Part shown: piece after piece, positions 10,003-18,043 of the stretch
How positions within the stretch are numbered: the stretch's first letter is position 1
Layout: the number at the start of each line of letters is the position of its first letter
Assembly (NCBI GenBank): GCA_963764715.1
Contig: CAVXTP010000021.1
Coordinates: 96,001 to 160,000 of the forward strand
Direction: 5' to 3'
Origin: an uncultured Acidobacteriota bacterium
Lineage (GTDB): Bacteria; Acidobacteriota; Thermoanaerobaculia; UBA5066; Gp7-AA6
Length of the DNA: 64,000 bases
Position numbers and translations under genes: made by a program
Notes under the pieces: generated by a model
Seen by the model: the letters and a program-made list of their open reading frames with translations, nothing else
What the model was told of the DNA's origin: nothing
Databases searched by the model: none

Positions 10003-12057
10003 ATGCGAGCGGGTTTACAGGATCCTCGGAGCCGAGGGATCGGGCCCCTCCTGGTGCTCGCGGTGGCGGCGCTCCTGCTCGCCCGGGCGGCGCCGCTCGT
10101 CCGCGCTTACGCCCTCAAGGTGCTTTCGCAGCATTCCGGCGCCGCGGTGGCGGCCGCGGCCGCCGGGGCCCTCTCCGCGTTCCTGTTGACGTGGACGGGA
10201 ATCCGAAAGGCGCCGCGCGCGACCGCGATCGCCTTCGCGGCGGCGGCGGCCGCGATGGTCGTTCTCTCCGGCAACCTCCGTCCGGCACTGACCGCGGCGG
10301 CGATCCTGCTCGTGACGTTCGTCGTCGGCGACGCGGTGTTCCGCATCCTGCGGGGCGCGGAGGCGGAGCAAGGCGATCTCTCGAGCGCCCTCGCCGCGGG
10401 CTGCGCGGCCGTCGGCGTGGCTTTGCTCCTGCTCGGCGAGGCCGGAATTCTCGGGCGGGGGGTCCTCCTCGCTCTCGCCGCCATCGTCGTCGGCCTGCGC
10501 CGGCGCCGCCTTCCGGCGCTCCACCGCCTCGTCCGGGACACGGTGAGGCTTCCGCGCGGCGACGCGCCGGCCGCCCTCGAGGCGGCGTGGCTAACGTTCG
10601 CCGCGCTCGCGCTTCTCGCCGTGTGGGCCGGGGTCCAGGCCCCGGACGTGTCGTGGGACGCCCTCGCGTATCACCTGCCGGAGGCGCGCGATGTCGCGCT
10701 CGCGGGCCGCGTCCGGGCGCTGCCCGACCTCCATCCCCAGTCGCTCCTGTGGCGCAACCACGAGTCCTACCTGTCGACCGCGTTCTTCTTCGCCGACGAG
10801 CGCGCCGTACCGTACCTGCAGTTCGCGGCGGGTCTCGCGGTCTTCGGCGCGGCGCTCTCGCTCGCGCGGCGCCTGGGTCTCGGGAGCTCGGGGCCGCTCG
10901 TCGTCCTGGCGCTGGCCGCGTTCCCCACCGCGATGCTCCAGCTGAAAACCGCGTACGTCGACTGGCCGGCGGCCCTGCTCACGACCGCGGCCGCCGCGCA
11001 GGTGGCGGCCGGCCCGGGAGAGCGCGGCCGCATGCGGGCTGCGGGCTTTCTTTTCGGCGCGGCGGTCGCGACGAAGGTCTTCGCGCTCTTCGCCCTGCCG
11101 GCGCTCGCCGCGCTGGCCTTTCGCGCGCGGCCAAAGCCGATGCGCCTCTCCGCGGCGGTCCTCGCCGCCGTCGTGCCGGTCGCGGCCTGGCTCGCCTGGG
11201 CCGAGCTTCACGCCGGCTCGTTTCTGGCGCCGTACGCCGACTCCCCGCGCGAGCTCGCGGCGCGGCTCGCCGACGGCCACTACTTCGCGCGGTCGCCGGC
11301 GACCGGAGAGCGGCGTCCCGCGGCGTCCCCGGCCGAGCGTGCGGCGCGGTTCGCGAGGCTTCCGTACGACCTCGTCTTTCACTCCAGCCGCTTCGAGGCG
11401 AACGGCGACGGTTACAACGGAGTCCTCGCGCTCCTGCTCCTCGCGGGGCTGGCGGGCTGGAGCGCCCCGCGGATCGGGCTCTTTCTCGCCGTGACGCTGC
11501 CGTTTCTCGTGCCGTGGTCGCTCCTCTATCTCCCGTCGATCCGGTTTCTCTTTCCCGTGTACCCCCTCTACGTCGTCTTCGCGTCCGGCGGCCTCTCCCG
11601 CCTGACCGGACGATTCGCGGGAGCGTCGGGTCGGCTCGCGGGCGCGGCGGTCCTGGCGGCGGCGGCCGCCTTCCCGGTCCAGATCGGATCGAGCGGCCTC
11701 GAGTGGAGGGTGGCCTTCGGACGGCTGTCGCGAGCGGACGCCCTGGCCGCACAACTGCCGGCGCTGCCCCTCCAGTCCCGCCTCGAGCCGGCGGACCGGG
11801 TCGTGTTCGTCGGCGAGAACGACCGCTTCCACTGCCCGGCGGCGCTCTCCTGGCGCGCCGAGTTTCTGCCCGTCTCCGCCTGGGGATCGGACCCCGCGGC
11901 CTGGAAGCGCGGCTTTTCGGACCTCGGCATCAGCGCCGTGCTCGTCCGCTCCGACCGCCGGCGACTCCCCGACGGCCTGACGTCGATCCCGGGCCTCCTC
12001 CGCCCCGACGGCGTCAACGGCGGGGCCGCCCTGTACCGGGTCGGTTTGCTAAAATGA
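10003..12057 (+). CDS. Polytopic membrane protein, GT-C/GT39-like glycosyltransferase
   Basis: Many hydrophobic segments; WDALAYHLP, AYVD, ATK motifs; start uncertain. Confidence 0.65.
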   Translation: MRAGLQDPRSRGIGPLLVLAVAALLLARAAPLVRAYALKVLSQHSGAAVAAAAAGALSAFLLTWTGIRKAPRATAIAFAAAAAAMVVLSGNLRPALTAAAILLVTFVVGDAVFRILRGAEAEQGDLSSALAAGCAAVGVALLLLGEAGILGRGVLLALAAIVVGLRRRRLPALHRLVRDTVRLPRGDAPAALEAAWLTFAALALLAVWAGVQAPDVSWDALAYHLPEARDVALAGRVRALPDLHPQSLLWRNHESYLSTAFFFADERAVPYLQFAAGLAVFGAALSLARRLGLGSSGPLVVLALAAFPTAMLQLKTAYVDWPAALLTTAAAAQVAAGPGERGRMRAAGFLFGAAVATKVFALFALPALAALAFRARPKPMRLSAAVLAAVVPVAAWLAWAELHAGSFLAPYADSPRELAARLADGHYFARSPATGERRPAASPAERAARFARLPYDLVFHSSRFEANGDGYNGVLALLLLAGLAGWSAPRIGLFLAVTLPFLVPWSLLYLPSIRFLFPVYPLYVVFASGGLSRLTGRFAGASGRLAGAAVLAAAAAFPVQIGSSGLEWRVAFGRLSRADALAAQLPALPLQSRLEPADRVVFVGENDRFHCPAALSWRAEFLPVSAWGSDPAAWKRGFSDLGISAVLVRSDRRRLPDGLTSIPGLLRPDGVNGGAALYRVGLLK

Positions 12058-12172
12058 CGGAATCGCCGATTCCCGGGACCCCATCGCTTTCCACGAGACG
12101 ACGCCGGCCTCGGAGTCGCCGGGAGAGGGCCGCGATTCGCCGCTCGCCCTCAGGTTCGATCCTTCGCGCCGC

Positions 12173-12445
12173 GTGATGTTGAAGTTCGAAGTCACTCTCG
12201 GCGGAGACGACGAGCTCGAGGCGTTCCGCTACGCGCGCCGCGCCATGATCCGGGATGAGCGCACGCGGGGCCTCGACTGGGACGAGCCCTCGATGGAGGA
12301 CCCCACGATTTCGGGTTCCGAGATCCGCTGGTTCGCATTGGCCTCCCAGGGCGCCTGGTGCCGGCTCAAGGTCAGGGAGCTCGTCGAGCGCGCCAACCGC
12401 GCCCTGGAGGAGATCCGGGCGGAGCGATCGCGTTACCCGAGGTAA
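12173..12445 (+). CDS. Hypothetical protein, paralog A of tandem pair (frame open from 12053)
   Basis: Clear similarity to downstream ORF (LEAxRYARRAM...PSxED...ELVxRANRA). Confidence 0.75.
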   Translation: MMLKFEVTLGGDDELEAFRYARRAMIRDERTRGLDWDEPSMEDPTISGSEIRWFALASQGAWCRLKVRELVERANRALEEIRAERSRYPR

Positions 12446-12533
12446 CGTTTTTGGACGCGGTTCGGCCTTGCGCCGAGAGGATCCGGGTGCGATTCGGGCC
12501 TGTTTCGAGCGACTTAGGCCGGGCGGCCGGAAG

Positions 12534-12549
12534 CGGCACGGGGTTCGCT
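12534..12549 (+). promoter_or_regulatory. Candidate sigma54 promoter
   Basis: CGGCACGGGGTTCGCT, GG-N10-GC spacing, 12 nt before ATG 12562. Confidence 0.55.
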
Positions 12550-12561
12550 ATTTCGCCGGGC

Positions 12562-12915
12562 ATGAGCCTTCCCATCGGCTTTTCGGAAGTCGAGGAAGCG
12601 AGCGAGCCCATCGGCTTCTCGCCCGGCGCGACCGCGCCGCGTCTCGAGGAGCAAACGGTCACCCTGCGCTGCCGGCTCCTCGCGACCGACGGTCCCAGCC
12701 TGGAGGCGCTGCGGTACGCCCGCCGCGCCATGCTGCGCGAGGAGTGGACACTCGGCCCGGAAGAGGACGATCCGTCGCTCGAGGACGCCGTCTTCTCGGC
12801 CTTCGAGGTGACCTGGCCGATGCGCGCGTCGCAAAGCGGCCGGGGGCGCGCCAAGCTCGCGGAGCTCGTCGATCGGGCCAACCGCGCCCGGCGGGAGCTC
12901 GACGCGCGAGCCTAG
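12562..12915 (+). CDS. Hypothetical protein, paralog B of tandem pair
   Basis: MSLPIGFSEV...LEALRYARRAMLREE...ELVDRANRA; similarity to paralog A. Confidence 0.78.
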   Translation: MSLPIGFSEVEEASEPIGFSPGATAPRLEEQTVTLRCRLLATDGPSLEALRYARRAMLREEWTLGPEEDDPSLEDAVFSAFEVTWPMRASQSGRGRAKLAELVDRANRARRELDARA

Positions 12916-12936
12916 GCGAGTCGTAGAATCTCTCGA

Positions 12937-13323
12937 ATGAGCGGGCGTCAATTTCGCAAGGTCCTCCTCTTCGTCGCGGCGGCCGGCGTGGCCTACTGGA
13001 TCTACAAGGACCGCCCGACCATGTCCGGATTCATCGACTCGATCACGGACCCTCTGATGAGCTCCCACGCCGCGGTGAAGAGCTCGGAACGCAACCGGGT
13101 CGTTGGCGAAGCATCCCAGGCCATTACCGAGCAGAGCGGCCTGCCCGTCGGAAGCCTGCGCGAAGGAATGAAGACCCGCGAGGTCCTGGACCTGCTCGGC
13201 GAGCCGGATTCGAAGGAGGACGAGACCGTCGACGGCGCCGCGCAGGTCCGCTGGACCTACGCGCGGGAGCACCGCGTCCTCTACTTTCAGCGCGACCGGC
13301 TGGTCTCGATCGTCGTCCGGTAG
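12937..13323 (+). CDS. Membrane-anchored protein with SmpA/OmlA(BamE)-like C-terminal domain
   Basis: N-terminal TM; LREGMKTREVLDLLGEPD...WTY...VLYF pattern; TAGAAT 7 nt upstream. Confidence 0.7.
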   Translation: MSGRQFRKVLLFVAAAGVAYWIYKDRPTMSGFIDSITDPLMSSHAAVKSSERNRVVGEASQAITEQSGLPVGSLREGMKTREVLDLLGEPDSKEDETVDGAAQVRWTYAREHRVLYFQRDRLVSIVVR

Positions 13324-14291
13324 GCGGCCGCGGCCGCGCCGAGCAGGCCCAGCCGCGGCTCGAGCACCACGCGCACGGGAATCGCCGACAGCAGGCCGTC
13401 CATCGGCGGCTTGTTGCGGAACGCCTCGAGGAACGGCCGGCGCCGGAGCGCGGACAGGATCTTGGGGGCGATCCCGCCGGCGAGATAGATGCCGCCGGTC
13501 GCGCGGTACTGGAGCGCGCAGTTGCCGGCCTCGGACCCGTAGATCGAGACGAAGAGATCGAGGGCCTGGCGGCAGAGGGCGTCCTTGCGCGCGAGGCCGA
13601 ACCGGCTGATCACCGCGGCGCGGTCGTCGCTGCGCTCGAATTCGGCGGCCACGGCGGGGCTTTCGCGGGCGGCGCGCTCGGACTTGAGGAACTCGTAGAG
13701 ATAGACGAGGCCGCGTCCCGACAGGACCTTTTCGCGCGTGGCGCGGCCCGCCTGTCGGCGCAGGAAGACGACGAGACGGTCCTCGATGGGATTGCGCGCG
13801 GCGAAGTCGGCGTGACCGCTCTCCGACGGAACGACTTCGTACCGGTCTCCCGTCGACACGAGGCAGGCCTGACCGAGGCCGGTGCCGGCGCCGAGGATCC
13901 CGATCGGTCCGCGCGGCTCCGCGCGCCCGCGCGCGAGGGTCGCGAGCTGCGCGGCCTTGAGCTCCGGCAGGCCCAGAGCGTTCGACACGAAGTCGTTCAG
14001 GACCCGCACCCGCGGGATGCCGGTCGCGCGCGCGATCCGGGACTCCTCGATCCGCCACGTCAGGTTGGTGACCTTGGCGGCCCCGTCCCGGACCGGCCCG
14101 GCGACGCCGAATCCCGCCGCCTCCGGCTTCGAGCTCTCTCCGGCGAGGAAGATCTCGATGACCTGCTCCAGGCCCGGATACGCCGCGCTCGGATATCGCT
14201 CGCTCCGCACGAGCGTCCGGCCGCGCGGCCCCATCTCGAAGATCGCGAGGGCGGTCTTGGTGCCGCCGATGTCGCCCGCGAGGATGCGCAT
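13287..14291 (-). CDS. glk: Glucokinase
   Basis: MRILAGDIGGTKT, GVAGPV, LNDF, GAGTGLG, SESGH, GGIYLAGGIAPKI. Confidence 0.93.
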   Translation of the reverse strand: MRILAGDIGGTKTALAIFEMGPRGRTLVRSERYPSAAYPGLEQVIEIFLAGESSKPEAAGFGVAGPVRDGAAKVTNLTWRIEESRIARATGIPRVRVLNDFVSNALGLPELKAAQLATLARGRAEPRGPIGILGAGTGLGQACLVSTGDRYEVVPSESGHADFAARNPIEDRLVVFLRRQAGRATREKVLSGRGLVYLYEFLKSERAARESPAVAAEFERSDDRAAVISRFGLARKDALCRQALDLFVSIYGSEAGNCALQYRATGGIYLAGGIAPKILSALRRRPFLEAFRNKPPMDGLLSAIPVRVVLEPRLGLLGAAAAAYRTTIETSRSR

Positions 14292-14310
14292 GCGCTGGGG
14301 ACGGTAGCAG

Positions 14311-14427
14311 AACCGGTAAGCAGTAAGCCGTAAGCCGTAAGCAGTGAGGCTTATCCGGCGGAAATGCCCGTTGAGCGCCAGACCCACGGCTTACTGCTTA
14401 CTGCCTACTGCCTACTGCCTACTGGTT
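14311..14427. repeat. Inverted heptamer tandem repeat hairpin (CAGTAAG)n...(CTTACTG)n
   Basis: Five CRGTAAG/CCGTAAG-like units at 14314-14348 facing five GCYTACT units at 14389-14423. Confidence 0.9.
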
Positions 14428-14452
14428 TAGAGTTCCCGCCGGGACCGCGCGG

Positions 14453-14525
14453 GCAAAAAAAAGCCCCGGGTCGGGGTGGGGCCGCCCGGGGGGCGAAAGG
14501 AGGAGGTTGAGGTTCCTTTGCTCGC
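14453..14525 (-). ncRNA. Candidate sigma54-dependent small RNA with anti-SD (CCUCC) loop and intrinsic terminator
   Basis: Minus strand GCGAGCAAAGGA-ACCTCAACCTCC-TCCTTTCGC hairpin, then CCCCGGG-cggccccaccccga-CCCGGGG-C-T8; no start codon inside; sigma54 box immediately upstream. Confidence 0.65.
14455..14494 (-). terminator. Rho-independent terminator of candidate sRNA
   Basis: GC-rich stem followed by T8 on the minus strand (A8 at 14455-14462 on plus). Confidence 0.8.
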
Positions 14526-14535
14526 GTTGAGAGAT

Positions 14536-14551
14536 AGCAAGCGCGCGGCCA
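14536..14551 (-). promoter_or_regulatory. Sigma54 (-24/-12) promoter
   Basis: Minus strand TGGCCGCGCGCTTGCT with exact GG-N10-GC spacing. Confidence 0.7.
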
Positions 14552-14613
14552 GCTTTCCGTCGGAGGCTAAACCCTTATTTCAGAGAGTGTTGGAGCTTCG
14601 CCAGCTCCGGCCC

Positions 14614-15882
14614 GTGACGAGAATTGTCAGGCCCCGAAGGCCTCCGGCTGCCTCAATTTTGCGCCTCTCCCTGGTTCTGGCGCTCGCGGTCTCGGCCTCG
14701 GGCTGCATGTACCTCTTCTCGGAGAAGCGGACCGTCTACCGGTACGAGCCCGAATATGGCGTCGACAGCCCGGAGTTCCGGAGGTCCCTCGACGCTCTCG
14801 GCAACGAGATGACCCCGGGCAACCGGGCCGAGCTCCTCCAGAACGCGGACGGCATCTTTCCGCGCATGCTCGAGACGATCGCTTCCGCGAAGCTTTCGAT
14901 CAACTTCGAGATCTACATCTTCAAGGACGACCGCGTGGGCCGGCGCTTCGGGAAGGCGCTCGCCGAGCGCGCCCGGGCCGGGGTCGAGGTGCGGCTGCTC
15001 GTCGACGGGTGGGGGTCCTCCCTCGGACCGCTCGGGGACGAGCTCGAGAAAGCCGGGGCGATCGTCCGCGTGTACAAGCCGCTCCGCATCTACTCGATCG
15101 ACCACGTCGGCAACCGGACCCACCGGCGCATCCTCACGATCGACGGCCGCATCGGGTTCTGCGGCGGCGTCGGCCTCGACGAACGCTGGGAGGCCTGGCG
15201 CGACACGATGATCGAGGTGGACGGCCCGGTCACGGCGCAGCTCCAGCGCGTCTTCGCGCAGGACTGGATGTTCACGACGGGCGAGGTCCTGAACGGCGAC
15301 CGCCAATTCCCGCACATCGATTCCGCGGGCGACCAGCTCGCGCAGGTGATCGCCTCCGCGCGCGCCGACGCGCTCTCCATGTCGAAGCTCCTTCTCTACA
15401 TGGCGATCCAGGCCTCGCGAAGCAGCCTCTGGATCGAGAACGCCTACTTCGTGCCGGACGGGCAGATCCGCGAGGGCCTCGTCGAGGCGGCGCGCCGCGG
15501 AGTCGACGTCCGGGTCGTCGTGCCGGGCGAACACATGGACGCCCCGAATGTCCGGGCGGCGGCCCGCTATCACTACGGCGAGCTCCTCGACGCGGGCGTG
15601 AAGATCTACGAATACCGTCCGACGATGCTCCACAACAAGGTCATGGTCGTCGACGGAATCTGGTCGACGGTCGGATCGATCAACTTCGTCAACCGGTCGA
15701 TGAAGAAGAATGCCGAGGTGAACTTCGCCATCTACGATCGGGCGTTCGCGCAGAAGGTCGAGGCGATGGTCCTCGACGACCTCGTGCGCTGCGACATCCT
15801 GACCAAGAAGGAATGGAAGAATCGAAGCGTCTGGGCCCGGATCGGCGAGACGTTCTTCTGGCTCTTCTCGGAGAACTACTGA
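14614..15882 (+). CDS. Cardiolipin synthase-like phospholipase D family protein
   Basis: RTHRRILTIDG (variant HKD) and LHNKVMVVDG; ENAYFVP; lipobox-like ASGC; start uncertain (14614 or 14659). Confidence 0.85.
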   Translation: MTRIVRPRRPPAASILRLSLVLALAVSASGCMYLFSEKRTVYRYEPEYGVDSPEFRRSLDALGNEMTPGNRAELLQNADGIFPRMLETIASAKLSINFEIYIFKDDRVGRRFGKALAERARAGVEVRLLVDGWGSSLGPLGDELEKAGAIVRVYKPLRIYSIDHVGNRTHRRILTIDGRIGFCGGVGLDERWEAWRDTMIEVDGPVTAQLQRVFAQDWMFTTGEVLNGDRQFPHIDSAGDQLAQVIASARADALSMSKLLLYMAIQASRSSLWIENAYFVPDGQIREGLVEAARRGVDVRVVVPGEHMDAPNVRAAARYHYGELLDAGVKIYEYRPTMLHNKVMVVDGIWSTVGSINFVNRSMKKNAEVNFAIYDRAFAQKVEAMVLDDLVRCDILTKKEWKNRSVWARIGETFFWLFSENY

Positions 15883-15926
15883 GCCGGCCCGCGGACCGCG
15901 GTGGCCGGCTGGGTTAGGATCCCGAC

Positions 15927-16697
15927 GTGCTCCAGGCCCTGCTGCCCCTCGATCGTCCGCTCGTCGTCTTCGACACGGAGACCACCGGCACCAACTCCCG
16001 ATCCGACCGGATCGTCGAGATCGCGTGCGTGAAGGTCCATCCCGACGGGCGCCGCGAGGACTGGGAGCGGCGCCTGAATCCGGGAATCCCCATTCCCGCC
16101 GCCTCGACCGCCATCCACGGCATCTCGGACGCCGACGTGGCCTCGGCGCCCCGGTTCCGCGACGTGGCCGCGGAGCTCGCCGCGTATCTCGCGGGCTGCG
16201 ACCTCGCCGGCTACAACATCGCGGGCTTCGACCTGCCCGTGCTCCGCGCCGAGTTCCTGCGCGCCGGCGTGCCGTTCGAGGTGACGGACCGGCGCCTGGT
16301 CGACGCGCAGCGGATCTTCTTCGCGCGGGAGCCCCGGCACCTGGCGGCGGCCGCGCGGTTCTACTGCCAGTCCGAGCACGACGGCGCCCACGGGGCGCGC
16401 GCCGACGCGGAAATGACGCTGCGCGTGCTCGTCGGCCAGCTCGAGCGGTACACGGAGCTGCCGCGCTCGGTCGCCGAGCTGCACGACCAGTTCTGCGCGG
16501 GCATCGACCAAGACATCGATCCGGAGGGCCGGTTCCGCCTCGTCAACGGCGAGCCGACTGTCAACTTCGGCAAGAACCGGGGGCGCCTGCTCAAGGACAT
16601 CAGCCGGGAGGAGCCGGGCTTCCTGCGCTGGATCCTGAAGGGCGACTTCTCCGAACCCGTGAAGTCGGTCGCCCGCAAGTACCTGCCGGAAGGGTAG
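15927..16697 (+). CDS. DEDDh 3'-5' exonuclease (DnaQ/epsilon-like) with C-terminal FGK domain
   Basis: FDTETTG, GYNIAGFD, HGARAD; VNFGKNRG...PGFLRWIL tail. Confidence 0.9.
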   Translation: MLQALLPLDRPLVVFDTETTGTNSRSDRIVEIACVKVHPDGRREDWERRLNPGIPIPAASTAIHGISDADVASAPRFRDVAAELAAYLAGCDLAGYNIAGFDLPVLRAEFLRAGVPFEVTDRRLVDAQRIFFAREPRHLAAAARFYCQSEHDGAHGARADAEMTLRVLVGQLERYTELPRSVAELHDQFCAGIDQDIDPEGRFRLVNGEPTVNFGKNRGRLLKDISREEPGFLRWILKGDFSEPVKSVARKYLPEG

Positions 16698-16700
16698 GGG

Positions 16701-16790
16701 GGGGTCAGGTCTTCGTTTTTCGGGCCCCGGTTCTCGTGTGGCTCGAGTCCCAGGTTTTCGGGGCCTTCGAAAAACGAGAGACCTGACCCC
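16701..16790. repeat. REP/MITE-like element with terminal inverted repeats GGGGTCAGGTCT
   Basis: GGGGTCAGGTCTTCGTTTTTCG ... CGAAAAACGAGAGACCTGACCCC fills the gap between two convergent stop codons. Confidence 0.8.
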
Positions 16791-17359
16791 TACTTCTTCG
16801 CGGTCTGCTTGAACCTCAGCGTCTCGCCGCTCTCGACGTTGCGGAAGCGCAGGTTGCCGGGCTCGAGCTCCACCGACCACTTCCCGATCGCGCCCCGCAT
16901 CGCGAGCGCGCAGGCCGTGATGCCGAGCGTGTCGCCCGCGAAACCGTCGCCCTGCGGCTTCAACGTGAAGCTGCACGCGGAGGTCAGCTCGCGCTCCGTG
17001 AATCGCCCGACGTCGTTCGAGAGCAGCGTGATCGCGGGATCGAAGTGGGGGATGTACGTGAAGTAGATGTCCTGCCCCTGCGTCTCGAGGCGGATCACGC
17101 CCTGCTGGCGGACGTTGTCTCCCTGGTAGCGTCCGGTCACCAGAGCGAAGACGTCGTAGGGGTGGGACGGATCGATCGTGACGGTGCCCAGCTGGAGCGT
17201 GAGCTCGTTGCCGGGCGTCGCGCCTTCGAACCGGCCCTGGAGGATCGAGGCGATGTCGTAGATGCGGTCCGGGGTCGCCGCGGAAAGCGCCGGCGGCGCG
17301 GCGAGCGCGGCGGCGAGCGCGATGGCGGCGGAGATCGTGATGGTTCGGTGCCTCTTCAT
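16790..17359 (-). CDS. Secreted hypothetical beta-rich protein
   Basis: Signal peptide, GGAGG RBS, typical codon pattern, two Cys. Confidence 0.75.
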   Translation of the reverse strand: MKRHRTITISAAIALAAALAAPPALSAATPDRIYDIASILQGRFEGATPGNELTLQLGTVTIDPSHPYDVFALVTGRYQGDNVRQQGVIRLETQGQDIYFTYIPHFDPAITLLSNDVGRFTERELTSACSFTLKPQGDGFAGDTLGITACALAMRGAIGKWSVELEPGNLRFRNVESGETLRFKQTAKK

Positions 17360-17381
17360 GGTTCCTCCGGGGTCGATTCAC

Positions 17382-17397
17382 TGCGAGTTCCGTTCCA
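17382..17397 (-). promoter_or_regulatory. Candidate sigma54 promoter
   Basis: Minus strand TGGAACGGAACTCGCA, GG-N10-GC, just upstream of the RBS of 16790..17359. Confidence 0.45.
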
Positions 17398-17450
17398 TGG
17401 CCGCGCGCCCGGAAGGCCGCCCGCCGGCAGGGCCTCGAAGAGGCCTGTCC

Positions 17451-18038
17451 TCATAGGCTTAGGTCGCCCGCGCCGCCGGTCGCGCGCCGCGCGGCCGCCA
17501 CGGTCGACGTCCCCGCCGGGGGACGCCTTGACCCGATTCGGGGCACCTGCGCGAGGCCCTTGACCGTGCGCTGCAGCGCCTTGCGGAAGGCCTCGTTGAG
17601 CGATTCCTCGTCGGCGCCGGAGTACGCTGGCCGCGTCTCCTGCTCGTTCGCGTCGAACTCCGAGATCGTCTGCCCGCTCGTGCTGCGGACCGTCACCGTC
17701 CAGTCCACCGCGGAGTCGTAATAGCGGTCGTTGAACACGGCGGCGAATCGATGGATCGCCACCGTGATCGTCGCCGTGTCGCCGCCCGGGGGGGACCAGC
17801 GGCAGCCCGGAAACGACTTCTGGATGCCGTCGCGCACCGCGGCGATCATCTTCTCGGACGCCTCGGGCTCGGCCCGCTGGTCCTGGACTTCGAGGTTCCA
17901 GGACAGCAGGCCCGCCGGGCAGCTGACCTCCGGGTCCGGGAACGAGACGGGCCGGACCTTGGGGGGGCCGCAGTCGACGGCGGCCAGGGCCGACAGGGCG
18001 AGCAAGGGCAGGGCCGGGACCACGAACGGCGATTTCAT
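17451..18038 (-). CDS. Putative lipoprotein (YajG-like)
   Basis: C-terminal part of ORF 17451..18743: MKSPFVVPALPLLALSALAAVDC, LEVQDQR, ESLNEAFRKAL. Confidence 0.7.
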   Translation of the reverse strand: MKSPFVVPALPLLALSALAAVDCGPPKVRPVSFPDPEVSCPAGLLSWNLEVQDQRAEPEASEKMIAAVRDGIQKSFPGCRWSPPGGDTATITVAIHRFAAVFNDRYYDSAVDWTVTVRSTSGQTISEFDANEQETRPAYSGADEESLNEAFRKALQRTVKGLAQVPRIGSRRPPAGTSTVAAARRATGGAGDLSL

Positions 18039-18043
18039 GAGCC

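Noticed and set aside
12054-12176. 40-aa ORF from ATG 12054 overlapping the glycosyltransferase stop
   Set aside because: Arg/Ser/Pro-rich with poor codon pattern; the alternative frame shows similarity to paralog B
12358-12561. N-terminal extension or frameshift fusion joining the two tandem paralogs
   Set aside because: Each copy is a complete unit; the extension is low-complexity and contains the sigma54-like promoter
13287-13323. 37-nt convergent overlap of glk and the SmpA-like gene
   Set aside because: Short 3' overlaps are common in compact GC-rich genomes; no sign of extra function
14311-14427. Heptamer arrays as a CRISPR array
   Set aside because: 7-nt tandem units without unique regular spacers, and no cas genes
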